Assembly (NCBI RefSeq): GCF_036245885.1
Contig: NZ_BTTX01000008.1
From: Corallococcus caeni
Lineage (GTDB): Bacteria; Myxococcota; Myxococcia; Myxococcales; Myxococcaceae
Strand: one strand, 5' to 3'
Length of the DNA: 64,000 nt
Below the pieces are notes generated by a model. That model searched no databases, was not told the DNA's origin, and worked only from the letters and a program-made list of their open reading frames with translations. Positions within the stretch are counted from its first letter, which is position 1. Each line of letters begins with the position of its first letter. Of the stretch, positions 1 to 7,410 are shown in pieces. The position numbers and the translations under genes were made by a program.

Positions 1-2099
1 TCCAGGAGGCTGGAGTCCACCTGCCGCAGCGTCGCGCGCAGGTGGTCGATGATGTCGTCCAGGTCCTCGTTGCGGAACTTCTCCGGCACCGTCTGCACCA
101 GCGACTTGTAGACGTCTCCCACGTAGCGCAGCAGCACGCCCTCGCTGCGCTGCAGGCCGTACTCGCGCACGTAGTCGTGGAAGGACATGAAGCGCTCGAA
201 CATGTCCCGGACGATGGACTTGGGCCGGATGTTCTCCTCGCCCACCCACGGGTGCTTCTTCGCGAAGGCGTTGAAGGTGCCATAGACGAACTCGCGGTTC
301 GGCTTGGGCCACTCCAGCTTCTCCAGCTCCTCCATGCGGTCGTCGTACTCCACGCCCCGCGCCTTCATCTCCTGGATCTTCTCCCCCTTCAGCTGGTGCA
401 GCTGCGCGTACAGCACCACGTCCGGGTTCTCCAGGATGGACTCCACCAGCGTGACGACGTCCAGCGCGTACGTCTCCAGCGTGGGGTCCAGCAGCTCCAG
501 CGTCTCGTGCAGGTACAGGGACAGCGTGTGGTTGAGGCTGAAGTCGCGCTGCAGGTCCTCGGACACCTCCACCGTGGCGGAGTGCTTCTCCCACTGGACG
601 ACCTTCACGATGCCCGCGTCGCGCAGCGTGCGGAAGTACATCGCCGCGTCCTTGAGCAGCTTCTTCTTCGTGTAGTCGGAGCTGTGCGAGCGCATCACCA
701 GCTGCACCAGCCGCTTGTAGCCGCCGCTGCCCTCCGTCTTGTCGCTCTGGAGCAGGTTGAGCAGCAGGCCGTGGCTCACGTCGAAGCGCGACTCCAGCGG
801 CTCCGGCAGCCCGTTCTGGAGCCGCTCGAAGGTGCTCTTGTCGTACTGCACGAAGCCCTTCTGCGGCGGCTTCGCCTTGGGAGACTTCTTCTTGCCCGCG
901 GCCTCCTTCGCCGCCTGGCGGATGTTCTCAATCATGTACTCCGGGGCCTGCGCCACCACGCTGCCCTCGGTGTCGAAGCCCTTGCGGCCCGCGCGGCCGG
1001 CGATCTGCTTGAAGTCGCGCACGCTCAAGGTCGCCAGCTTCTCGCCGTTGAACTTGAACAGCTGCGTGAAGAGCACCGTGCGGATGGGGATGTTCACGCC
1101 CACGCCCAGCGTATCCGTGCCGCTGATGACCTTGAGCAGGCCCTGCTGCGCCAGCTTCTCCACCAGCAGCCGGTACTTGGGCAAGAGGCCCGCGTGGTGC
1201 ATGCCGATGCCGTGGCGCAGGTAGCGCTGGAAGTCCTTGCCGTAGGGCGTGTCGAAGGGGGCGTCCAGGAGGGCCTGGCGGATCTCCTCCTTCTCCTCCT
1301 TGGTGTTGAAGTCCACGGACATGAGGTTTTGCGCCTGCTCGGCCGCGGCCCGCTGCGTGAAGTTCACCAGGTACACGGGGTACTTCCCGCGCGCGATGAG
1401 GTCCTGGATGGTCTCGTGCAGCGGCACCTCGCGGTAGTCGAAGTCCAGCGGCACGGGGCGCTCGGAGCTGCGCACCGTGGCCACCTCGCGGCCGGTGAGC
1501 TTCTCCAGGCTCTGCTCGATGACGTGCGTGTCGCCCAGCGTGGCGGACATCAGCAGGAACTGCGTCTTCGGCAGCGCCAGCAGCGGAATCTGCCAGGCCA
1601 CGCCGCGGTCCTTGTCGGAGTAGTAGTGGAACTCGTCCATCACCACCGCGTCCACGCGCGCGGAGGCGTCGCGCAGCGCGAGGTTCGACAAAATCTCCGC
1701 CGTGCAGCAGAGGATGGGCGCCTCGCGGTTGATGGACGCGTCACCCGTGAGCATGCCCACGTTCTCCGGGCCGAACGCCTTGGAGAGCGCGAAGAACTTC
1801 TCGTTCACCAGCGCCTTGATGGGGCACGTGTAGAACGACACCTTGCCCTCGGCCATGGCCTTGAAGTGGAGCGCCATGGCCACCAGCGACTTGCCGGAGC
1901 CCGTGGGCGTCTTGAGGAACAGGTGCTTGTCGCTCAAGAGCTCCAGGATGGCCTCCTCCTGGGCGGAGTACAGGCTCAGGCCGTTCGTGGCGACGTAGCT
2001 CACGAAGCGGTTGAGGATCTCGTCGGCATCGAGAGGGGGCTCGCCGGGCTTGGGCAGCAGGGCGGCGAGCGGGGCGCGGGTGTCGGCGGAGGCACTCAT
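1..2099 (-). CDS. DEAD/DEAH-box (Lhr/Ski2-like, DUF3516-type) ATP-dependent helicase, 5' part of window; C-terminus runs off the window start
   Basis: Minus-strand translation from the ATG at 2099 ([32 protein letters not shown]...) shows Walker A (PTGSGKS), a DEFH box (VVMDEFHYY), the SAT motif and helicase motif VI ([10 protein letters not shown]), then a long C-terminal extension. The plus-strand 690-aa ORF over the same DNA is Arg/Leu/Val-rich antisense junk. Confidence 0.85.
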   Translation of the reverse strand, partial: MSASADTRAPLAALLPKPGEPPLDADEILNRFVSYVATNGLSLYSAQEEAILELLSDKHLFLKTPTGSGKSLVAMALHFKAMAEGKVSFYTCPIKALVNEKFFALSKAFGPENVGMLTGDASINREAPILCCTAEILSNLALRDASARVDAVVMDEFHYYSDKDRGVAWQIPLLALPKTQFLLMSATLGDTHVIEQSLEKLTGREVATVRSSERPVPLDFDYREVPLHETIQDLIARGKYPVYLVNFTQRAAAEQAQNLMSVDFNTKEEKEEIRQALLDAPFDTPYGKDFQRYLRHGIGMHHAGLLPKYRLLVEKLAQQGLLKVISGTDTLGVGVNIPIRTVLFTQLFKFNGEKLATLSVRDFKQIAGRAGRKGFDTEGSVVAQAPEYMIENIRQAAKEAAGKKKSPKAKPPQKGFVQYDKSTFERLQNGLPEPLESRFDVSHGLLLNLLQSDKTEGSGGYKRLVQLVMRSHSSDYTKKKLLKDAAMYFRTLRDAGIVKVVQWEKHSATVEVSEDLQRDFSLNHTLSLYLHETLELLDPTLETYALDVVTLVESILENPDVVLYAQLHQLKGEKIQEMKARGVEYDDRMEELEKLEWPKPNREFVYGTFNAFAKKHPWVGEENIRPKSIVRDMFERFMSFHDYVREYGLQRSEGVLLRYVGDVYKSLVQTVPEKFRNEDLDDIIDHLRATLRQVDSSLL

Positions 2100-2205
2100 C
2101 GGGCCCGACTCTAGGGGTTGGCGCTGGGGCCACCGTGAAAAATCGCGCGGCGGCGGCCTCAAGGTGTTCGGACGCGACCACCGTCCTGGCGTCCAGGGGC
2201 CGCGC

Positions 2206-2622
2206 TCACCGGGAGACGTAGAGTCCCACGGACATGCGGCCCTCCCGCAGGGGCCCGCCCGCCGCAGGGCGCTGCCAGCACACCCGTCCGGCCTGCTCCG
2301 GCGACAGGCAGGGCACGTCCGTCACCTCCAGCGAGGCGCCGGCCAGGCGCGCCCTGCGCACGGCGGCACTCCGCGTCAGTCCCAGCAACTCCGGCGCGAG
2401 AGGTGGCGCCGCCTCGGGGCCCGTCTGGACGAAGACGGCCCGCACCTCGCCGGAGCCCCCGGGCGTGAACCGCATGCCCGTCCCGCTCGCGGTGACCTGC
2501 CCGCGCAGCTCCAGCTCCACCGGCCCCAGCACGAAAGGGCCGGCCCCGAGCCGCGCGTGGACCCGCGCGAGCGACTCACGCAGATCCACCAGCAGGGCAT
2601 CCAGGTCGAGGGCGTCGCTCAT
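2206..2622 (-). CDS. small hypothetical protein, last gene of the paralog operon; possibly a degenerate member of the shared family
   Basis: ORF with GC3-rich codon usage. A GGAGGAG Shine-Dalgarno sits 8 nt upstream of the ATG at 2622, and the gene lies 37 nt downstream of the preceding gene. There is weak resemblance to the family N-region ([31 protein letters not shown]). Confidence 0.5.
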   Translation of the reverse strand: MSDALDLDALLVDLRESLARVHARLGAGPFVLGPVELELRGQVTASGTGMRFTPGGSGEVRAVFVQTGPEAAPPLAPELLGLTRSAAVRRARLAGASLEVTDVPCLSPEQAGRVCWQRPAAGGPLREGRMSVGLYVSR

Positions 2623-2659
2623 CGCGCCAGAGGACTCCTCCGCGGCGTGGGGCACCGGC

Positions 2660-3328
2660 TCACTTCAACGTCCCCGCCGTCGAGGGCTCCAGGACCGGCG
2701 AGCGGGTGGGCGTGCTGGTGGGCGGGAGCTTCCCTCCCCCGGTCGCTTGCACGGTGAGCACCAGCTCCGTGCCGCGCGGCAGCAGCGCCCCCGGCCCGAC
2801 CGAGGCCGAGGTGACCACTGCGGCGTCCGCCGCGCCGTTGGGGAACCGGTGCGGCACGCCGATGGCGGACAGCAGCGCCCGCGCGTCGGCCACCGTCCTG
2901 CCCACCACCGCCGGCACCACCACCAGCGCCTCCGCCTGGGGCGAGGGCGGCACCGGCACCACGCGGAACTTCAGCCGCGACTGCGCCGTCAGGCTGTAGG
3001 CGAAGCGGTTGGTGTAGCTGGCGTCCAGGGGCGCGCCGTACATCTTCAGCCGCGTCCTCCCCTCCGAGCGCTCCTCCGAGGTGATGGACAGCGCCACGGC
3101 GATCTCCGCCTCGGCCTCGGGGATGTGGTACCAGGTCGGCCGGTAGCCGATGCGCTGCAGCTCCACCGCCAGGTCCTCGTCCGAGGCGTAGAGCTCGCGG
3201 ATCCGCTCGAGGGTCTCCGCATCCAGCTCCCGCTGGGCCTCCGCCACGCCACGGCCCACCGCGGAGATCAACGCGCCCAGCGGTGCGCTCAGTGCCTCCA
3301 ACTGGGGGACGTCATTCGAATCCGCCAT
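2660..3328 (-). CDS. paralog-family domain protein with a C-terminal PASTA domain
   Basis: The N-terminal ~145 aa carry the family motifs (GVAEAQRELD; IGYRPTWYHIPEAEAEIAVALSI; DASYTNRFAYSLTAQSRLKFRVVPVPPSP). The C-terminus VPAVVGRTVADARALLSAIGV...GTELVLTV fits the PASTA consensus. A GGAGGG RBS precedes the start, 3 nt after the upstream gene's stop. Confidence 0.7.
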   Translation of the reverse strand: MADSNDVPQLEALSAPLGALISAVGRGVAEAQRELDAETLERIRELYASDEDLAVELQRIGYRPTWYHIPEAEAEIAVALSITSEERSEGRTRLKMYGAPLDASYTNRFAYSLTAQSRLKFRVVPVPPSPQAEALVVVPAVVGRTVADARALLSAIGVPHRFPNGAADAAVVTSASVGPGALLPRGTELVLTVQATGGGKLPPTSTPTRSPVLEPSTAGTLK

Positions 3329-3331
3329 GGT

Positions 3332-4066
3332 TCAGCCCTCCATTGCCTGGCCGATGAACAACTGCACGGAAGCCGAGGCCTGAATGGCGCCGGACTCCGG
3401 TACCTGCCGCAGCACGCGGCCGTACTGGCCGGCCTCCTTGACGAAGACGGGCGCCAGCCCCACCCGGACCCCCGCCTCCGCCGCGCGCCGGCGGGCCGCC
3501 GAGGCCGTCAGCCCCCGGAAGTCCGGCACCTCGCGAGCGGGCGCGTCGCCCGTCGCGGGCGCGGTGGGAGACTGCTCGACGAACTGCGCCTCCGCCTCCG
3601 TCACCCCCTCGGGCGTCGTCTCGGTCCACCGCACGCGGACGGTGCTCAGCCGCACCGTCGTCAGCGACGCGCGCACCGACTCGATCTGCTGCCCCGCCGT
3701 CTTCAGGCGATCGGAGAGCACGAGCGGCGTGGCCGTCTCCTGGGTGGGCTCCGTAACGGCGGACCGAACCGCCCCGGCGGACACGGCGCGGATGCCCTCG
3801 CGCGCGGGCTCCAGGAGCACCAGCGTCCCGTAGTCGATGAGGGTGCTGCTCATCTTCACCGGGAAGGTGGCCACCCCGGCGGAGTCCAGCCGCAGGTGTG
3901 AGCCGAAGGTGGCGCTGCTGACCTCCAGCTCCAGCACGCCCTCCGCGTTCGTCACCCCGGTGTCGCGCAGCTCGAACGTCCCCGCCTTCGCCGGGACCCA
4001 CCACGCCACCTTCATTCCGCCGGCGGGCACTCCGGTGGACTTGAGGAACACGGCCCGGACCTTCAC
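3332..4066 (-). CDS. PASTA-domain protein with an N-terminal Ig/carboxypeptidase-regulatory-like beta domain
   Basis: The C-terminus VPDFRGLTASAARRRAAEAGVRVGLAPVFVKEAGQYGRVLRQVPESGAIQASASVQLFIGQ is PASTA-like. The N-terminus is a beta-rich repeat (KVAWWVPAKAGTFELRDTGVTNAEGVLELEV). It shares an ATGA start/stop overlap with the upstream gene. Confidence 0.65.
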   Translation of the reverse strand: MKVRAVFLKSTGVPAGGMKVAWWVPAKAGTFELRDTGVTNAEGVLELEVSSATFGSHLRLDSAGVATFPVKMSSTLIDYGTLVLLEPAREGIRAVSAGAVRSAVTEPTQETATPLVLSDRLKTAGQQIESVRASLTTVRLSTVRVRWTETTPEGVTEAEAQFVEQSPTAPATGDAPAREVPDFRGLTASAARRRAAEAGVRVGLAPVFVKEAGQYGRVLRQVPESGAIQASASVQLFIGQAMEG

Positions 4067-4728
4067 GGGTTCACCTCGCAGGACAGCGCCAGCGTCCGCG
4101 ACGCGGCGTCCACCGTGATCGCCAGGAAGCGGGCCCGCTCACCGGCCGCCAGGCGCAGCGTCGTGCGCGCCTCGCCCGCGGCGTCCGTCCTCACCACCGC
4201 GAGCACCACGTCCGTGCCCGCCAGCGGCGCCACGCCGGACAGCGACTGCGTCGTCCGCCGGTCCAGGTTGAACTCCACCTCCACGCCCGGCAGGGCTTCC
4301 CCCGCCGCGTTGCGCACGCGCACGACCACGCCCGGCACGCCCCCGGCGCCGATGACGCAGCGGGCGTCGAGCACCACCGGAGGGAGGCCCTCGTTGGCCG
4401 GCACCGCGACGAAGCTGCCGCGAATCACGCTGACGATCTCCGTCTGCGTCTGCGACGAGGCCACGTCCGCCAGCCGCACGGGCCGCATCTTCAGGATCTT
4501 CGCGTTGACCGGCGCTCCGGAGGTGGTGCTGGACGTCTCCACCCGCAGGTCCATGCGCAGCTCGAACTCCAGCTTCGGCACGTAGTAGGTGAACTGGCGG
4601 CCGGGCGCGCCGGCCGCGGAGAGGCCCCCCAGCTCCTCCTGGGCCTTCGCCAGGCCGTCGGCCAGCTCCAGCAGGTACTCGTCCAGGGTGCCGAACAGCT
4701 CCTGCGCCTGTTGTGTCGTGTCACTCAT
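4063..4728 (-). CDS. paralog-family domain protein with a C-terminal Ig-like (CarboxypepD_reg-like) domain
   Basis: The N-terminus carries the family motifs (LADGLAKAQEELG; FTYYVPKLEFELRMDLRV; EIVSVIRGSFVAVPANEGLPPVV). The C-terminus VVRVRNAAGEALPGVEVEFNL...DAAGEARTTL is Ig/Cna-B-like. The ATG at 4728 overlaps the upstream gene's stop by 8 nt (ATGAGTGA). Confidence 0.65.
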   Translation of the reverse strand: MSDTTQQAQELFGTLDEYLLELADGLAKAQEELGGLSAAGAPGRQFTYYVPKLEFELRMDLRVETSSTTSGAPVNAKILKMRPVRLADVASSQTQTEIVSVIRGSFVAVPANEGLPPVVLDARCVIGAGGVPGVVVRVRNAAGEALPGVEVEFNLDRRTTQSLSGVAPLAGTDVVLAVVRTDAAGEARTTLRLAAGERARFLAITVDAASRTLALSCEVNP

Positions 4729-5674
4729 CCCGCGCTCCCTGGCGCCCGCGAGCCCGCTGCGCGTCACGTGCCGTGTCGCGCGCGTCCATGTCGTCCATGC
4801 CCATGCCGGCGCGCTCCATCTCCATGTCCATCCGCTGCTCCATGGACTCCATGTCCATGCCGGCCATCGCCAGCCCGCGCATCATCAGGGCCTCGGTGTC
4901 CAGCGAGCGGGGGCTCATGCCCCACAGCTCGCGCGCCACCGCCACCCCCTTCTCCACCTTCCCAACCTGGAGCCCGCCGCGCCGTCCCAGGTTTCCCAGG
5001 GAGGGCAGCGCCTGGCCCTTCACCAGCGACATCGGCTTGCGCGCCGCCGAGCGCGCCTCCTCCGCCGCGTGCGACAGCCGCCGGGCCGCGTCCCTCGTCG
5101 CGGAGCCCACGTCTCCGAGCTTCATGCGGCCCCTGCCCGGAGTCTCCAGGACGCGCTCCGCCAGCCGCGTCGCGAGCTTTGCGCGCTCGCGTGCCTTGGT
5201 CGCCCACTGCTGGCGCAGCGTCTGCTGCCGCTGCGCCTTGCGCCGGCCCGCCTTCCCCGCCTCCAGGCGCTCGCGGCGCAGCTGCTCCACCCGCTCGGCC
5301 TCCTCCGCCTCCGTCCGGCGCCGGGCGTACAGCTTCTGCTCCAGCAGCCGCCGCGCGGTGTCCCGCTCGTGCTGCTTGCGCTCCGCGATGCGCGACTCCG
5401 GCGTGTGCTGGACGACGGGGAACTGCTTCGCCAGCCGCTCGTCGACGGGCGCCTCCTGCACGCCGCTCAGCGCCTTCATCGTGTCTTCGAGCTGCCGGCG
5501 CTCCTTCAGCAGCTCCGCCAACGCCGGGTCGCTGGCGGCCACCTGCTCCAGGGAGGGCACCACGGACGCCGCGGCGGAGGCCCCCGCTCCCGGAACCGGA
5601 GCGGACGCGCCCGCGTCGCCGGCGGCCTCGGCGGCGTCCTCCTCCAGCAGGTCTTCCCAACGGACGTGTGACAT
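4721..5674 (-). CDS. charged coiled-coil protein with a Met/Asp-rich C-terminal tail
   Basis: 317-aa ORF in operon register, E/R/A/K-rich with heptad-like stretches. The C-terminus reads MMRGLAMAGMDMESMEQRMDMEMERAGMGMDDMDARD. Its stop is translationally coupled to the downstream gene. Confidence 0.6.
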   Translation of the reverse strand: MSHVRWEDLLEEDAAEAAGDAGASAPVPGAGASAAASVVPSLEQVAASDPALAELLKERRQLEDTMKALSGVQEAPVDERLAKQFPVVQHTPESRIAERKQHERDTARRLLEQKLYARRRTEAEEAERVEQLRRERLEAGKAGRRKAQRQQTLRQQWATKARERAKLATRLAERVLETPGRGRMKLGDVGSATRDAARRLSHAAEEARSAARKPMSLVKGQALPSLGNLGRRGGLQVGKVEKGVAVARELWGMSPRSLDTEALMMRGLAMAGMDMESMEQRMDMEMERAGMGMDDMDARDTARDAQRARGRQGARDE

Positions 5675-5693
5675 GCGCGGCGACCCTCTTCCG

Positions 5694-6284
5694 TCAGGTG
5701 ACGTTGCCCACGGCGGTGTCGATCTTCCCGCTGACGGCCTGGCCTTCCGCGGTGCCCTTGAGGCCCTTGGCGATCTCCGCGCAGATCTGCTGGAGCGCCG
5801 CCGGTGGAGGGATGGGCACCAGCTTGGTGCGGATGAGGCTGGAGCCCTCGGCGGAGTAACTGTACTTCTGCGAGTGCTTGGCCGTGACCGTGGTGACGTG
5901 GCTCTTGTGGCCCTTCACCAGCGTGGTGAGGATGCCCTTGTCGCGGTCCACCTTGCGGTCCCGCGTCTGGGTCGAGTCGTCGGTGGACTCGTGCATGGAG
6001 ATCTCCATCTTCACTTCGATGATGGTCTCCACGAACTGGTAGAACGTGGGCGTGAAGCCGAGCAGCAGCAGCGGGTACTCGGTGGTCCCCAGCTTCACGA
6101 AGCCGGCCCCGTCCCGCACGGCGTTGCCGCTGTCGTCGATGCGGTAGCCCGCCATGAGCTGGGCGATCTTCAGCGACGAGCTGTCCAGCGCGTACTGGGC
6201 ATCCGCGATGGCGTTGCCCAGGTTGCGGACCATCTCCCCGAAGGGGACGTTGAGCAGATCCTGACCAATGGAGTTGGTGGACAT
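5694..6284 (-). CDS. paralog-family protein (196 aa, core domain only)
   Basis: Carries the three family motifs: LLNVPFGEMVRNLGNAIADAQYALD; LGFTPTFYQFVETIIEVKMEISM; KYSYSAEGSSLIRTKLVPIPPPAAL. Confidence 0.75.
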   Translation of the reverse strand: MSTNSIGQDLLNVPFGEMVRNLGNAIADAQYALDSSSLKIAQLMAGYRIDDSGNAVRDGAGFVKLGTTEYPLLLLGFTPTFYQFVETIIEVKMEISMHESTDDSTQTRDRKVDRDKGILTTLVKGHKSHVTTVTAKHSQKYSYSAEGSSLIRTKLVPIPPPAALQQICAEIAKGLKGTAEGQAVSGKIDTAVGNVT

Positions 6285-6302
6285 GGTGCGCGCTTTCCGG
6301 AG

Positions 6303-6875
6303 CTACTTCGTGGGGGTGACGGTGCCGGCCCTGGCCGCGATGAGCGCGCGCACCCGCTCCTCGAAGAGGGCCGGAGGAGGCACGGGCACCAGCTTCGTGC
6401 GCAGCAGGCTGGAGCCCTCCACGCTGTAGTCGTACTTGCGCGTGTAGCTGGCATCCACCGTCGTCACCACGGCCTGGGGCGCGCCGCCGCGCTTGAAGAG
6501 GCGCAGCCCGCCGGCCGTCTGGCGCGTGGTCTGCGTCGCCACCTTGCTCTCCACGCTCTCCGTCATCTTGATGGCGATCTTCACCTCGATGATGGTGTCC
6601 ACGAACTGGTAGAAGTTCGGCGCGAAGCCCAGCTCCATCATGGACGAGGGCGTGCCCGCGAAGGACACCTTGGTGTCCACGCGGATGGGCTTGCCGGAGC
6701 CGTCCAGCTGGATGTTCCCGTCCGCGTCCCGCAGCAGCGCCTCGCCGCTCATCATCTCCGCGACGAGCATCCCGCTCTTGTCCAGCTCGAGCTGCGCCTC
6801 GGCGATGGCGGTCGCCATCTCACGAATCATGTCCCCCATGGGGACGTTCAGCAGTTCCTGACCGACGTTGGGCAT
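6303..6875 (-). CDS. paralog-family protein (190 aa, core domain only)
   Basis: Carries the three family motifs: LLNVPMGDMIREMATAIAEAQLELD; LGFAPNFYQFVDTIIEVKIAIKM; KYDYSVEGSSLLRTKLVPVPPPALF. Confidence 0.75.
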   Translation of the reverse strand: MPNVGQELLNVPMGDMIREMATAIAEAQLELDKSGMLVAEMMSGEALLRDADGNIQLDGSGKPIRVDTKVSFAGTPSSMMELGFAPNFYQFVDTIIEVKIAIKMTESVESKVATQTTRQTAGGLRLFKRGGAPQAVVTTVDASYTRKYDYSVEGSSLLRTKLVPVPPPALFEERVRALIAARAGTVTPTK

Positions 6876-6897
6876 GGTGTCTGGGTCCTTGCGCGCT

Positions 6898-7401
6898 TCA
6901 GGCGGAAGTGTTGGTGGAGGCCGCGGGGGCGGGCGGCTGGGCGGCGATCTCGTTGAGCAGCTGGTGCAGGCGGGCGGGCGGGGGCAGCGACACCAGCCGC
7001 GCGGCGATGGAGCTGGCGCCCTGCACCTCGAAGCCGTACTTGCGGCTGTACTCGGCGTTCACCGTCACGGAGAAGATGCCGGCCATGCCGCCCGTCGCGC
7101 CGCCGCCCACGGAGAACTCCGTGGACTCGCGGATGGTGAAGGTGAGCTTCGCCTCCAACGTGGCCTCTGCGAAGGCGTAGAACGTGGGCGTGAAGCCGAG
7201 CGCGAGCAGGCTCCACAGCTGCCCGTCGCCCAGGTCCACGGTGCGCTCGGACATGCGCTTCGCGATGTCGAGCGAGTTGACGTCCAGCGCGTGCTGCGCG
7301 TCCGCCACCGCGCGCCCGAGCCTCTCGATGAGCTCCGGCAGCGGCGCGTCCAGCACCGTCATCATCGCGCGCTGGCCCTGCGTGGTGTTGTTTCCGGGCA
7401 T
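6898..7401 (-). CDS. paralog-family protein (167 aa, core domain only)
   Basis: Carries the three family motifs: LPELIERLGRAVADAQHALD; LGFTPTFYAFAEATLEAKLTFTI; KYGFEVQGASSIAARLVSLPPPARL. The start could instead be the internal Met near 7365. Confidence 0.7.
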   Translation of the reverse strand: MPGNNTTQGQRAMMTVLDAPLPELIERLGRAVADAQHALDVNSLDIAKRMSERTVDLGDGQLWSLLALGFTPTFYAFAEATLEAKLTFTIRESTEFSVGGGATGGMAGIFSVTVNAEYSRKYGFEVQGASSIAARLVSLPPPARLHQLLNEIAAQPPAPAASTNTSA

Positions 7402-7410
7402 GGAGGCTCC

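Noticed and set aside
42-2114. 690-aa plus-strand ORF
   Set aside because: Arg/Leu/Val/His-rich low-complexity translation that is antisense to a clear helicase gene with Walker A, DEFH and motif VI on the minus strand.
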